DNA of 64,000 nucleotides from an uncultured delta proteobacterium (GCA_963789395.1 CAWBKP010000025.1:32001-96000), one strand, 5' to 3'; shown: positions 22,581 through 33,946, counted from the stretch's first letter. The notes: generated by a model not told the origin, from the letters alone. Translations and numbers: made by a program.

Positions 22581-24409
22581 ATGAAGACACCCAACCGTCT
22601 GATACACGAAAAAAGCCCCTATCTGCTGCAGCATGCCCACAATCCTGTGGATTGGTATCCCTGGGGGGATGCGGCTTTTTCCCGAGCCAAGTCGGAAGAT
22701 AAACCCGTTTTTCTGTCCGTGGGATATGCCACCTGTCACTGGTGCCACGTGATGGAAAAAGAATCGTTTGAAAATCCGGAGGCAGCCAAGGCCCTGAATG
22801 ACGCTTTTGTCTGCATCAAGGTGGACCGGGAAGAGCGTCCCGATATCGATGCGGTCTACATGGCAGCCTGCCATTTGATAACAGGCCGCGGGGGATGGCC
22901 GCTGACAGCGCTGCTGACGCCGGATAAAGCAACCGTTTTTCGCCGCAACCTATATTCCCCTTCACAGCCGATTCGGTCAGCCCGGCGTCCTGGATCTTTG
23001 CGCGCAGATCACGGACATGTGGCAATCCAGAAGGCAGAAGATCCAGGATGCGGTTCGGAAATCAATGGGCACCTGTCAAGGTCTTTTGAATACAAGTCGT
23101 CAACGTCGATGAATTCCTCTCCACTGGATGCCGCCCTTGCCGAAATCACTCGGAGATTCGATTCTCAGTTCGGGGGATTTGAGCCTGCTCCCAAATTTCC
23201 CTCTCCGCACCGGCTGCTGTTTTTACTTCAGCAATATGAGAAGCGCGTGACGCCGAGACCCTGAAAATGGTGGAAACAACGCTTTCGAACATGCGGGCCG
23301 GAGGCATTTGGGACCATGTCGGCTTTGGATTTCACCGGTATTCGACGGACAAGCAGTGGCTTCTGCCGCATTTCGAGAAAATGCTTTATGACCAGGCCCT
23401 TCTGGCGCTGGCTTTTCTGGAAACCTATCGGATCTCCGGAAACGCTTTTTATGCGCAGACAGCCGAGGAAATTTTTGCTTATGTGCTTCGGGACATGACG
23501 TCTGAAGCCGGGGCTTTTTTCACGGCTGAAGATGCGGACAGTGAAGGCGAGGAGGGCAGGTTTTATGTCTGGTCTTACGCTGAAGTCCATCAACTGCTGG
23601 CGCCTTTTTCTGCCCATTGGGAAGAGATTCTGAACATCCGGCCGGAAGGCAATTTCCACGATGAGGCAACCGGCCGGCAATCCGGGGTCAATATTCTCCA
23701 CACGCGGCTGCCCCTGTCTGAATGGGCCTTGCACCTGCAGGTTCCGGAAGCGGATCTGCTGAAGGAATGGGAGGATATCCGCAGCCGGCTTTTTGCGGTC
23801 CGCAGCCGGCGGATACATCCCCTGAAAGACGATAAAGTCCTGACGGACTGGAACGGGCTGATGATTGCAGCCCTTGCAACCGGCGCACGGATTTTGAATA
23901 AACCCGTTTATGCCCAGGCTGCGGCCAGGGCTGCTGATTTTGTCCTGACAACCCTGTGCGACCCAGTCGGCCGGTTGCTGCACCGTTTTCGTGAAGGGCA
24001 GGCAGGGGTGCCGGCCTGCGCAGATGATTATGCATGGATGATTTTCGGACTGCTGGCTTTGCATCAGGCGGATGGGAATCCCCTGTGGCTGACGGAGGCC
24101 ATCGGGTTTCAAGGCATTCTGGATTCGGATTACACAGACCGGGAGCTCGGCGGATATTTTATGAACCTTGATCCAGTCGAGCTGCCCGTTCGACCCAAAG
24201 AGCTGTATGACGGGGCCATGCCGTCCGCCAATTCGGTTTCACTGGTCAATCTTTCGACCATGCATGATCTTACGGCGGATAAACGGTGGCTGGACCAGGC
24301 AATGCAATTGGCCGGATCATTTTTTGATACGGTTCAAAACCAGCCGTCCGCCCATACGTTTTTCCTGACCGGGCTTTCATCGGTTCTTCGCAAAGGGGAT
24401 TTATCCTGA
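22581..24409 (+). CDS. YyaL/SSP411 thioredoxin-domain protein (frameshifted)
   Basis: [49 protein letters not shown]. Confidence 0.9.
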
Positions 24410-24444
24410 ATACCCGTGAAACATCGCTCACCGGACCGGCGTTC

Positions 24445-25278
24445 ATGCTGGGGTCCTCCCTGATGTTTGCCGTCATGGATGGCGTCATCAAAATCATCGG
24501 CCCATCCTTCCGGGTCTGGGACATTGCCTTTTATCGTTTCTGCTTCGGGATTGTGATCCTTTTAGGGATTTACGGCGGCAGAGAAAGTCTGATCAAAGGG
24601 GCCAATCCCAGGCTGTTGATTCTTCGCGGCGTGATCGGTTCATGTGCGTTTCTATCCCTTGTCAGCGCCATCCGCCTGATCCCCATTTCATCGGCCATGG
24701 TGCTGTTTTTCTCGTTTCCGGCATTTACGGCCTTGTTCTCCCCCCTGATATACCGGGAGCGGATTACCCTGCCTGAAATCATCTGCATTGCGGCAACCAT
24801 GCTGGGTATCGCCTGCTTGTTTGATTTCCGGTTTGAAGGTGTCTGGCTGGGGCAGGTGCTGGCGGTTTCAGGCGCCGTGTTTGCCGGCCTGACCGTCACC
24901 ATTATCAAAAAGCTTCGTGAAAACCACCGGACCGGCGTTGTGTATATGTATTTTTGTATTATCGGCACCTGCATCACATTTCCGGCCTTCATAGCGCAGC
25001 CGCAGCTTCCGCAAACCTGGAACGACGGGGTGATGATGGCAATCATCGTGGTTGCGTCCGTGATCGGGCAGTTGCTGATGACAAAAGGTCTAAGGTATTG
25101 TAAAAGCTGGGAAGGCGGCGTTCTGATGACCACGGAGCTTGTTTTTACAAGCCTTCTGGGAATTCTGCTCCTGCAGGAACTGGTGACCTGGCGGTTCTGG
25201 ATCGGAGGTCTGTTGATTCTGGGAAGCGTTATGGGGCTTCAGATTTGTGGTTCACCAAAGAAGATAAAAAGTTCCTGA
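24445..25278 (+). CDS. DMT/EamA family transporter
   Basis: About 10 hydrophobic segments in two EamA-like repeats. Confidence 0.85.
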   Translation: MLGSSLMFAVMDGVIKIIGPSFRVWDIAFYRFCFGIVILLGIYGGRESLIKGANPRLLILRGVIGSCAFLSLVSAIRLIPISSAMVLFFSFPAFTALFSPLIYRERITLPEIICIAATMLGIACLFDFRFEGVWLGQVLAVSGAVFAGLTVTIIKKLRENHRTGVVYMYFCIIGTCITFPAFIAQPQLPQTWNDGVMMAIIVVASVIGQLLMTKGLRYCKSWEGGVLMTTELVFTSLLGILLLQELVTWRFWIGGLLILGSVMGLQICGSPKKIKSS

Positions 25279-25297
25279 ACAAAAGGATCTGATGATA

Positions 25298-25374
25298 AAA
25301 TTCGAAATCCGAATATCGAAATTCGAAACAAATTCAAAATTCTAATGCTCAAAACTATCGGTGTTTCGGATTTC
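25298..25374. repeat. Heptamer-periodic element copy (overlaps the queC 3' end)
   Basis: AAATTCG AAATCCG AATATCG AAATTCG AAACAAATTCAAAATTCTAATGCTCAAAAC...GTTTCGGATTTC. Confidence 0.8.
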
Positions 25375-26085
25375 ATAAGTATCATTTCGGCCCCGAATGT
25401 ATCGCGTGGGATCCGGGATGCCGGCTTTGGTGAACCCTTTTTTTCGCAGCAGACAACTGTCGCACTGGCCGCAGGCCAGTCCTTCGGCGGATGGATCGTA
25501 GCAACTGTGGGTCAGGGAATAGTCCACGCCCAGTTCCGTGCCTTTCAGAATGATCTGGGCTTTGTTGAGATGAAGCAGCGGGGTCTGGATCCGGACCCGG
25601 GTTTTGCCTTCCACGCCGATTTTGGTGGCCAGATTGGCCATGCGTTCAAAGGCTTCGATGAATTCCGGCCGGCAGTCCGGATACCCGCTGAAATCAACGG
25701 CATTGACGCCGATAAAAATATGCGATGTTTGCAACACTTCTGCCCAGGCCAGGGCATAAGACAGAAAAATGGTGTTTCGGGCCGGCACATACGTGATGGG
25801 GATTTCGGATGTCATGGTTTTCAGATTTCTGGATTTGGGAACTTCCAGATCATCTGTGAGGGCTGAGCCGCCGATGGCATGAAGGTCGATACGGATCACC
25901 AGGTGCCTGGCGACCTGAAATTGTTCGGCGATCCTTTCGGCAGCCTTGAGCTCATAGGCATGGCGCTGTCCGTAATCAAAACTGAGGCTGTAGATCTCGA
26001 ACCCTTCACTTTTGGCGATGGCGATCACCGTGGTGGAATCCAGGCCGCCGCTTGAGAGAACCACGGCTTTTTCAGGGGTATTCAT
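25342..26085 (-). CDS. queC: 7-cyano-7-deazaguanine synthase
   Basis: [28 protein letters not shown]...CGQCDSC. Confidence 0.96.
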   Translation of the reverse strand: MNTPEKAVVLSSGGLDSTTVIAIAKSEGFEIYSLSFDYGQRHAYELKAAERIAEQFQVARHLVIRIDLHAIGGSALTDDLEVPKSRNLKTMTSEIPITYVPARNTIFLSYALAWAEVLQTSHIFIGVNAVDFSGYPDCRPEFIEAFERMANLATKIGVEGKTRVRIQTPLLHLNKAQIILKGTELGVDYSLTHSCYDPSAEGLACGQCDSCLLRKKGFTKAGIPDPTRYIRGRNDTYEIRNTDSFEH

Positions 26086-26110
26086 AGCATTCCTTTGATG
26101 ATAATCATGT

Positions 26111-26758
26111 TTAAACGCCTCTTTCCGTATCTGGCCAGATCACTTTATGAAGCTGAAGGTGGAGCCGGACGCCGAGGCCATCCCGTAAAATCCATTCTGC
26201 CAGAAGGCTCGGGGGCAGGGATCCAAAGGAAGGGGAAAACAGGACGCCGGATCCGGGAAAATCCGGCGGAAGCAGTTTCAGAATATTCAGGGCATAACTA
26301 TAATCCGCCTGGTTGGCGATGACGAATTTTATCTGATCGTGGGGGCTGATCCGCCGAAGATTGTCCGGATCATTATGCGTGTGCATCCGGCTTGACGGAC
26401 ATTTAACGTCCATGATCCGGATGCAGCGGCCGTCAATCCGGGAGATATCGAGGCTGCCGTTGGTTTCCATTAAAACCGTGCGGTCCTGATCCAGAAGCTG
26501 CCTGACCAGATCCGGGGTTTGTTCCTGAAACAGCGGCTCTCCGCCGGTGATCTCAATCAGCGCCGTAGCAGGATAGGATTCAACCCGGCGCATGATTTCG
26601 GGGATCGTCATGTCCATGCCTTCATCATAGGCATACCGGGTATCGCAATAAGCGCACCGGAGATTGCATCCGGTCAGACGGATAAAAACGCAGGGCAGTC
26701 CGGCATACAGGGATTCGCCCTGAATGCTGTAAAATATTTCATTGATTCTCAGCGGCAC
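26111..26758 (-). CDS. queE: 7-carboxy-7-deazaguanine synthase (radical SAM)
   Basis: [32 protein letters not shown]. Confidence 0.95.
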   Translation of the reverse strand: MPLRINEIFYSIQGESLYAGLPCVFIRLTGCNLRCAYCDTRYAYDEGMDMTIPEIMRRVESYPATALIEITGGEPLFQEQTPDLVRQLLDQDRTVLMETNGSLDISRIDGRCIRIMDVKCPSSRMHTHNDPDNLRRISPHDQIKFVIANQADYSYALNILKLLPPDFPGSGVLFSPSFGSLPPSLLAEWILRDGLGVRLHLQLHKVIWPDTERGV

Positions 26759-26812
26759 GGCTATCCATTTAAGAACAGATTATGTCTGAATTCAACGACT
26801 GTCAGTAACTAC

Positions 26813-26932
26813 AAATTCAAAATCCGAAGCACGAAATTCGAAATAATGCTCTAAACGGGGTTCCCAGACGGAATGTTTTGAGCATTAGAATTTTGAATTT
26901 GTTTCGAATTTCGGATTTCGATATTCGAATTT
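26813..26932. repeat. Heptamer-periodic inverted-repeat element (complete copy)
   Basis: AAATTCAAAATCCGAAGCACGAAATTCGAAA ... TTTGAATTTGTTTCGAATTTCGGATTTCGATATTCGAATTT. Confidence 0.85.
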
Positions 26933-27012
26933 AACCTGTACGACTTTGCGTTCAGCCGCCACAATAAATTTATATCAGCCGGCCGGTTATAAGTAAAGAT
27001 GAAAGGTGACAG

Positions 27013-28258
27013 ATGAAAACCATTGGAATCCTTAAAAACGCCATTCAGGACTATGCCTGGGGCTCGCTGACGGCCATTCCGGAGCTTCTGGGACAGCCTG
27101 TTACGGGAACCCCCCAGGCCGAACTCTGGATGGGGGCGCACCCCAAGGCCCCGTCGCAGGTTTTTCATGGCGGGAAATGGGAGTCGCTGATTCAGGCGAT
27201 TGAAACGCAACCGGTGGATGTGCTGGGAAAGGAAGTTGCGGAGAAATTCCGCGGAAAGCTTCCCTATCTTTTCAAGGTACTGGCCGCTGCAAAGCCGCTT
27301 TCCATACAGGCCCATCCGAATTTGCAGCAGGCAAGAGAAGGTTTTGAGCGGGAGAATCGCCAGGGCATTTCCCTGACGGCTTCCAACCGAAATTACAAGG
27401 ATGAGAACCACAAACCCGAATGCATCTGTGCATTGACCCGGTTCTGGGGCATGAACGGCTTTCGAAGCGCTCCGGAAATCATCCGGTACCTGTGCAGTTT
27501 CTGCCAGGATGTGCTGCAAGCTGAGATTGCGCTTTTAGAGAGCCGAGCCGGATTCACGGGGATTAAAGCGCCTGTTTCAATCTCTGCTGACGCTGTCGCC
27601 GCAAAAGAGAACGGCTGCCATAGCTTCCGCGGTTTCTCATGCCGGATCTATAGATGTGAGAGACGATCGCGTTTGCCATTGGGTCCGGCGGTTGCAAGCA
27701 GAATATCCAGAGGATATCGGCGTGCTGTTTCCGGCGATTTTGAATTTGTTCTGTCTGGAACCCGGACAGGCCCTTTACCTGGCCTCCGGTGAACCGCATG
27801 CCTATCTCGATGGGGTCGGCATTGAACTGATGGCCAATTCGGATAACGTGCTGCGCGGCGGACTCACCCCAAAACACCTGGATGTTCCGGAACTGCTGAA
27901 CGTTCTGACTTTTCGAGAGCAGGGGCCGTCCGTGATTCTGCCCCGAAAGTGCAGCGATGTGGAATGGGTGTATGACACGCCTGCAGAGGAGTTCTGCCTT
28001 TCCATGTTGACTGTTTCCCCAGGGTTTTACTGGATCAGCCCTGGAAAACGATCCGCTGAGATTCTGTTATGTACACAGGGACATCTTTTACTGGACAGCG
28101 GTTCTGGCGATGATCCGATTCACCTGCATAAAGGGGCGTCTGCCGTTATTCCTGCATCGGTTATGGAATATCATCTATCCGGCAGCGGGGTGTGCTATAA
28201 AGCATCGGTTCCGGGACCTGCCGGCTTTATGCTTGACAGGCGAGCGGTTGGATCGTAA
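27013..28258 (+). CDS. manA: Mannose-6-phosphate isomerase class I (frameshift near 27560)
   Basis: YAWGS, AELWMGAHP, LSIQAHP, YKDENHKPE, PHAYL, MANSDNVLRGGLTPKH. Confidence 0.92.
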
Positions 28259-28286
28259 AAGATATGAATTGTAGCGCCAATAAAAT

Positions 28287-28350
28287 CGTGAGAGCGTGAA
28301 GTTGTGAGGACGGAGCAATTTTGCGATTTCACGCATTCACGTACTTACGA
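28287..28350. repeat. Octamer-periodic inverted-repeat element
   Basis: CGTGAGAG CGTGAAGT TGTGAGGA CGGAGCAATTTTGCGATT TCACGCAT TCACGTAC TTACG; related copy at 56404-56472. Confidence 0.6.
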
Positions 28351-28389
28351 CCTGAAGCGTGGTTTTTGACTGAGAATAGGAGTTGATTC

Positions 28390-29265
28390 ATGATCAAAGG
28401 TATCGTTCTTGCCGGTGGTTCCGGCACCCGGCTGTATCCCATTACCCGGGTGGTCAGCAAACAATTGCTGCCGGTTTATGACAAGCCCATGATTTACTAT
28501 CCCCTGTCCGTGCTGATGCTGGCCGGTATTCGGGATATTCTGCTGATCTCGACACCGGAGGACCTGCCGCAGTTCAAACGGCTTCTGGGAGACGGCTCCC
28601 AGATCGGTATTTCCTTGTCCTATGCGGAACAGCCCAGGCCGGAAGGACTGGCCCAGGCGTTTATTATCGGCAAATCTTTTATCGGCAATGATCCGGTCTG
28701 CCTGATCCTCGGAGACAACATTTTTTACGGCCACAATCTTTCGGAAATCCTGAAACGGGCGGTGAATCGGGACAGCGGCGGACTGGTATTCGGATATCTT
28801 GTCAAAGACCCGGAGCGTTACGGCGTGGTAGAATTTGATGATGCCGGCAACGTGATCGGCATCGAGGAAAAACCCAAAAAACCCAAATCCAATTATGCGG
28901 TTCCAGGGCTGTATATCTACGACAACGATGTGGTGAAAATCGCCGAAAACCTGAAGCCTTCGGCAAGGGGAGAACTGGAGATCACGGATGTCAATCTGGC
29001 ATATCTTCGCAGAGGAGATCTCAGGGTAGAGCTGTTGGGCAGGGGGTTTGCCTGGCTGGACACCGGAACCCATGAGGCGCTTCAGCAGGCTGCAAGTTAT
29101 GTGGAAGCCATTCAGGACCGGCAGGGGCTGAAAATTTCCTGTATCGAGGAAATCGCCTACCGTTTGGGGTATATTTCCCGCGAACAGGTCAAAGCCCTGG
29201 CATCGGATATGATGAAAAACGGCTATGGAGAGTATCTGATGGCAATGATCAGTGAAAACGCCTGA
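28390..29265 (+). CDS. rfbA: Glucose-1-phosphate thymidylyltransferase
   Basis: [41 protein letters not shown]. Confidence 0.97.
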   Translation: MIKGIVLAGGSGTRLYPITRVVSKQLLPVYDKPMIYYPLSVLMLAGIRDILLISTPEDLPQFKRLLGDGSQIGISLSYAEQPRPEGLAQAFIIGKSFIGNDPVCLILGDNIFYGHNLSEILKRAVNRDSGGLVFGYLVKDPERYGVVEFDDAGNVIGIEEKPKKPKSNYAVPGLYIYDNDVVKIAENLKPSARGELEITDVNLAYLRRGDLRVELLGRGFAWLDTGTHEALQQAASYVEAIQDRQGLKISCIEEIAYRLGYISREQVKALASDMMKNGYGEYLMAMISENA

Positions 29266-29344
29266 TTCTTGGACGGTTTTTCACCTGAATGATCTGGCAT
29301 CTTATAGGGATGCCTCAAACTGATCAGACAGCCGCAAGGGATGT

Positions 29345-30151
29345 ATGGAACCACAGCAACCGGATTACAACAGCGCTGTTTTAATCGCCGAAGGGGTTTA
29401 CTGGGTTGGATTCTATGACGCCCAGTCCGGGCTTCACTGCAATCCCTATCTGATTGTCGACGGCAATGAGGCTGTGGTTATTGACGGCGGAAGCCGTCCG
29501 GATTTTCCGACAGTCATGATGAAAATCCTGGAAACCGGCATATCTGCCTCATCCATCATCGCCTTGATTTATCAGCATTATGATCCGGATCTGTGTGGAA
29601 GCGTGGCCCATTTTGAAGATATCATCGACCGGTCTGACCTTAAAATTATTTCGCATAAAGAAAACAATATGTTTATCCGGCATTATGCGATATCATCCCG
29701 GCTGATTTCCCACGATGCGATCGGCAGCGAATTTGTATTTTCTTCCGGCCGGAAACTGCAGTTCATCAACACGCCTTATTCGCATTCCGCTGGAAGTTTT
29801 GTGACATTCGATACCAAAACCCGGGTGCTGTTTAGCAGCGATCTGTTCGGAAGCTACGGGGCAAAGTGGGACCTGTTTTTACACCTGAATCCGGAATGCC
29901 GGGAATGCAATGACTTCGCGCGCTGTGTCCGGGGTGAAAATTACTGCCCGATTCCCGACATTCTCAGGTTCCACCAGCAGATCATGACATCGGAAAAAGC
30001 CCTGCGGTACGCCCTTGGGATCATTGGCGAAATTCCTGCGGGGATGATTGCGCCGCAACATGGCAGCGTTCTGTCCGACCCCCTGGATATCGCTACGGTA
30101 AGCCATCGCCTGATGCTGCTGAAGGGTGTCGGAATCGATCGGATTCTATAA
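29345..30151 (+). CDS. ODP-like (oxygen-binding di-iron) MBL-fold protein
   Basis: CNPYLI, QHYDPDLCGS, PYSHSAG, FSSDLFG, IAPQHG; no flavodoxin domain. Confidence 0.75.
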   Translation: MEPQQPDYNSAVLIAEGVYWVGFYDAQSGLHCNPYLIVDGNEAVVIDGGSRPDFPTVMMKILETGISASSIIALIYQHYDPDLCGSVAHFEDIIDRSDLKIISHKENNMFIRHYAISSRLISHDAIGSEFVFSSGRKLQFINTPYSHSAGSFVTFDTKTRVLFSSDLFGSYGAKWDLFLHLNPECRECNDFARCVRGENYCPIPDILRFHQQIMTSEKALRYALGIIGEIPAGMIAPQHGSVLSDPLDIATVSHRLMLLKGVGIDRIL

Positions 30152-31113
30152 TGGTTTCGAATAGTTCGTCCTTTCCATTCAAGGATCGTCGCAAGCCGGG
30201 CTCGGATTCCGTCAGCTGTGTTCAAGAAATCCTGAAATGCCGGGCGATGCTTCAGGATAATCGGTTGCACAACCGGTTTCTCAAGGAACTGGTGACCAAA
30301 TATTCGCAGGCTCAGCTTAGACTCACTGCGATGAACCGCAAACTCTCCGAGCAGCGGAGCCGGCTGGATGAAGATCTGCAGGCTGCTGCCGGCATTCAGA
30401 AAAGCCTTCTGCCGCAAACGCCGCCGCGGATTTCCGGCCTGGAAATGGCCTGGCGTTTTGCGCCGTCAGAAATGATTGGCGGAGATGTGTTCAATGTGTT
30501 TTTCCTGGATGAGCACCATCTGGGAATATATGTGCTGGATGTCAGCGGCCATGGTGTTCAGGCGGCATTGGTTACGGTGTCGGTTTCTCAGATGCTGCTC
30601 CCCCATACCGGGCTGGTGCTTCGGAATAAATCAGCTTCCGGTTATGAAATAACCCCCCCGGGGCAGCTAATGGCGCTTCTGGACAGGGAGTACCCTCTGG
30701 AGCGATTCGATACGTTCTTTTCGATGGTTTATTTTGTACTGGATGTGCGGGATGGCAGTTTTTCCACCTGCAATGCCGGGCATGTTCCGGCGCTTCTGTT
30801 TTGCCGAAACGGCGGGATTGAGACGCTCAATAACAGCGGTACCGTCATCGGACTGGGAGATATGGTTCCGTTTGAGCAGCTTGAAGAAACGCTTTGTCAG
30901 GGAGACAGGTTGCTGCTGTACACGGACGGGGTTACGGACTTTATGAATTCCCGACACGAACTTTTCGGCAAAGACCGGTTCATCGGGATCGCGGATTCGC
31001 TGCGGGACAGGCCGATTGAGGAAATGGTGGGCGGCATATACGATGCCATGATGGCATTCGGCGACGGATTCCCGATTCAGGATGATGTCAGTATTCTGGG
31101 AATAGCCAGGTAG
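30151..31113 (+). CDS. PP2C/SpoIIE (RsbU-like) Ser/Thr phosphatase with N-terminal coiled coil
   Basis: IQKSLLP, GGDVF, DVSGHG, NAGH, YTDGV, DDVS; TAATG overlap with the upstream gene. Confidence 0.92.
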   Translation: MVSNSSSFPFKDRRKPGSDSVSCVQEILKCRAMLQDNRLHNRFLKELVTKYSQAQLRLTAMNRKLSEQRSRLDEDLQAAAGIQKSLLPQTPPRISGLEMAWRFAPSEMIGGDVFNVFFLDEHHLGIYVLDVSGHGVQAALVTVSVSQMLLPHTGLVLRNKSASGYEITPPGQLMALLDREYPLERFDTFFSMVYFVLDVRDGSFSTCNAGHVPALLFCRNGGIETLNNSGTVIGLGDMVPFEQLEETLCQGDRLLLYTDGVTDFMNSRHELFGKDRFIGIADSLRDRPIEEMVGGIYDAMMAFGDGFPIQDDVSILGIAR

Positions 31114-31151
31114 TACGACTGCAGCGCCTGAATGGAAACTCCATTCAGGCG

Positions 31152-31288
31152 AAATTCGAATATCGAATATCAAATCCGAAACAAATTCAAAATTCGAATA
31201 TCAAAAACGATTGATTTGATAATACACCGTTTTGAGAATGATGATTTTTTGTCATTGTTTCGAATTTCGTGCTTCGGATTTCGAGTTT
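31152..31288. repeat. Heptamer-periodic inverted-repeat element (complete copy)
   Basis: AAATTCGAATATCG...CGAAACAAATTCAAAATTCG ... TTGTTTCGAATTTCGTGCTTCGGATTTCGAGTTT. Confidence 0.85.
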
Positions 31289-31365
31289 ATGAATGTTTGG
31301 TCATTGGTTCGGATGCCGGATTATTAAAGGAAACTGGGTTTCCATTCAGACATTAAGGAGGATAT

Positions 31366-32400
31366 ATGAAAACCGGTTGTTATACTGCATTGATCACCCC
31401 TTTTAACGGGGAAAGGGTGGATGTCGCTGGCATTGAAAAACTGGTCAACTACCAGATTCAAAGCGGCATAACCGGCGTTCTGGCTGTTGGAACCACCGGC
31501 GAAAGTCCTGCGCTCAGCTGGGAAGAACATCATCAGGTAACGCAGGTGATTGCATCCGCATGCAAGGGAAAATGCCTTTGCATTGCTGGCACCGGCAGCA
31601 ACAATACCCAGGAGGCACTTGAAGCCTCCCGTCACGCGGTGAATCTGGGAGTGGACGGCCTGCTGCTGGTGGATCCGTATTACAACGGCCCCAGCTCTCT
31701 CGAAATTCGAAAGGAATATGTGGAGCCTGTGGCCGCGGCTTTTCCCGATACCCAGGTAATCCCCTATGTGATTCCGGGACGGACCGGAACACAGCTTCTG
31801 CCGCAAGACCTGGCCATCGCGTACAAGGCTTATCCCAATGTGGCGACTGTCAAGGAGGCCACCGGCAACCTGGACAACATGCGGCTGACCCGAAAATGCT
31901 GCGGGCCGGACTATACCATTTTGTCCGGCGATGATGCTTTGACCTATGACATGATGACGGATTCCGGGATTTTGGCAGGGGGCGCCATTTCAGTAATGTC
32001 CAATGTGGTGCCGGCTGCAATGGCGAAATTGGTTCGCCTGCTGGTTGAGAAAGACAATTCCGAAGCCATGAAGCTGAAAAATGCACTGGATCCCTTGTTT
32101 GAGCTGGTTACTGTGAAAACATCTGAGGCAACGCCTTATGGGGATGTGGTTTTCCGGGCCAGGAATCCTCTGGCCATCAAGACGTTGATGGCGATTCTGG
32201 GAATGCCTTCCGGTGGATGCCGCAGGCCTCTGGGGAAAATGACGCAAACAGGTCTGGAAAAAATTCTGAGCGCCGCAAGAGCCGTTCAGAAAGACAATCC
32301 GGAACTGCTCCAACCCGTGGCCGAATTTTTCGGCGTCAATATCGCCGAACGCCTGAACACGCCGGTTTACTGGAAAGGCCTGGCCTATGACAGGTATTGA
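31366..32400 (+). CDS. dapA: 4-hydroxy-tetrahydrodipicolinate synthase
   Basis: TALITPF, GTTGES, PYYN, YVIPGRTG, KEATG, LSGDD. Confidence 0.92.
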   Translation: MKTGCYTALITPFNGERVDVAGIEKLVNYQIQSGITGVLAVGTTGESPALSWEEHHQVTQVIASACKGKCLCIAGTGSNNTQEALEASRHAVNLGVDGLLLVDPYYNGPSSLEIRKEYVEPVAAAFPDTQVIPYVIPGRTGTQLLPQDLAIAYKAYPNVATVKEATGNLDNMRLTRKCCGPDYTILSGDDALTYDMMTDSGILAGGAISVMSNVVPAAMAKLVRLLVEKDNSEAMKLKNALDPLFELVTVKTSEATPYGDVVFRARNPLAIKTLMAILGMPSGGCRRPLGKMTQTGLEKILSAARAVQKDNPELLQPVAEFFGVNIAERLNTPVYWKGLAYDRY

Positions 32401-32749
32401 CCGATAAACGCCGGGGTCCAAAAGACTCCTGCGCCTTACAAATCCTTGGGGTGCGGGCTTTGCTGCCCGCCTCGCAGGAATTCCCAAACCAGAACTCCCG
32501 CAGAAAATCGCCTCCTCACTGCGTCCGCATTGGATCATCGGTCCATGGCCATCCCCTTTTGACTGTTTCCAGTTCGTCCCTACTCTCAATTCGGGGCGTT
32601 TCTGTGAGAATCGGAGGATGGCCCTTAATCTTCAGCCTGAGCCACAAAATGGACCGCAAAATTCTGTTAATAGATATTGATAATCGAGATGTGATATTTT
32701 AAAATGCATATTTCAATTAACTTTTTTAATTTTCAACAGGTGCCCTCAG

Positions 32750-33946
32750 ATGTTCAACATGGAATTCCGAAAGATGTGGATATGGCTGCTATGCGTTTTG
32801 GCGTTGGCAACGACGGCATGTTCGTCTCAGGTGCCGGAGGCATCGAATGCTAAGCCGGGCCAGCGCAAACAGTCCGACGTTAAACGTCCGGTTCCGGTGC
32901 TGGCCGCTCAGGCGGTTCAAAAGGACTTTCCGCTTGAAATACGGGCCATCGGAAATGTGGAATCCTATGCCACAGTGGCCATCAAGGCCAGGGTCACCGG
33001 AGAGCTTCAGAAAATTCATTTCAAGGAAGGTCAGGAAGTCGCAAAAGGCGATCTGCTGTTTACCATAGATCCCCGGCCGCTTGAAGCCACGCTTCGCGAG
33101 GCCAGGGCCCGCCTTGAAAAAGACAAGGCTTTGGCGGAAAAGGCCGAGGCGGATAACCGGCGTTACGAAAATCTGGTTCAGGGCGGATTCGTCAGCCGGG
33201 AACAATTCGATCAGATCCGCTCCAATCTCAGTTCCCTCCAGGCGACGGTTCTGGGGGATGAGGCCGTGGTTGAAAACGCCAAACTTCAACTTGGTTATAC
33301 CGCCATTTATTCCCCGATATCGGGCCGTACCGGAACGATCCTGATTGATCAGGGGAATATGATCAAGGCCAATGATGACAACAAAAGCCTGGTTGTCATT
33401 GAACAGGTTCAGCCGATTTATGTCAGTTTTTCTGTACCCGAGTCGTATCTGCCTCAAATTCTGGAACGTATGAAAGGCCGGGATCTGGCAGTGACTGCCC
33501 TGCCGGACGGGTCACCGAACGGACCGGATACAGGCAAACTGACTTTTGTGGATAATTCCGTTGATTCCAAAACCGGGACGATCCGGCTGAAAGGCACGTT
33601 TGATAACCCGTCAAGACGGCTGTGGCCCGGTCAGTTTGTCACTGTCGCGCTGACACTTGGAAGACTTCAAAATGTGGTGACGGTTCCTTCCCAGGCGGTT
33701 CAGACCGGCGAAAGCGGTCTGTTTGTCTTTGTCATCACGCCGGAAAACACGGTGCAGTTAAAACCGGTCAAAACCGGAAGATCGTATGGCGGCGAAACCA
33801 TCATCGAAAGCGGGATATCGGCAGGAGAACAGGTTGTGACGGACGGTCATCTGCGCCTGACTCCCGGTGCGCCTGTGGAGATAGCCTCGGACCTGAAACC
33901 CGGTTCCAATTTGTCACAGCCCGCCAGCAAAGAGGCCAGATCGTGA
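32750..33946 (+). CDS. RND efflux periplasmic adaptor (MdtA-like lipoprotein)
   Basis: Lipobox ATTAC, FKEGQxVxKGD, ISGRTG, LWPGQFV. Confidence 0.92.
   Translation: MFNMEFRKMWIWLLCVLALATTACSSQVPEASNAKPGQRKQSDVKRPVPVLAAQAVQKDFPLEIRAIGNVESYATVAIKARVTGELQKIHFKEGQEVAKGDLLFTIDPRPLEATLREARARLEKDKALAEKAEADNRRYENLVQGGFVSREQFDQIRSNLSSLQATVLGDEAVVENAKLQLGYTAIYSPISGRTGTILIDQGNMIKANDDNKSLVVIEQVQPIYVSFSVPESYLPQILERMKGRDLAVTALPDGSPNGPDTGKLTFVDNSVDSKTGTIRLKGTFDNPSRRLWPGQFVTVALTLGRLQNVVTVPSQAVQTGESGLFVFVITPENTVQLKPVKTGRSYGGETIIESGISAGEQVVTDGHLRLTPGAPVEIASDLKPGSNLSQPASKEARS

Noticed and set aside
26759..26812. preQ1 riboswitch upstream of queE
   Set aside because: No recognisable aptamer stem with an A-rich tail
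33622..33942. N-terminal extension of the RND permease
   Set aside because: It overlaps the adaptor gene; the family-typical start is the GTG at 33943
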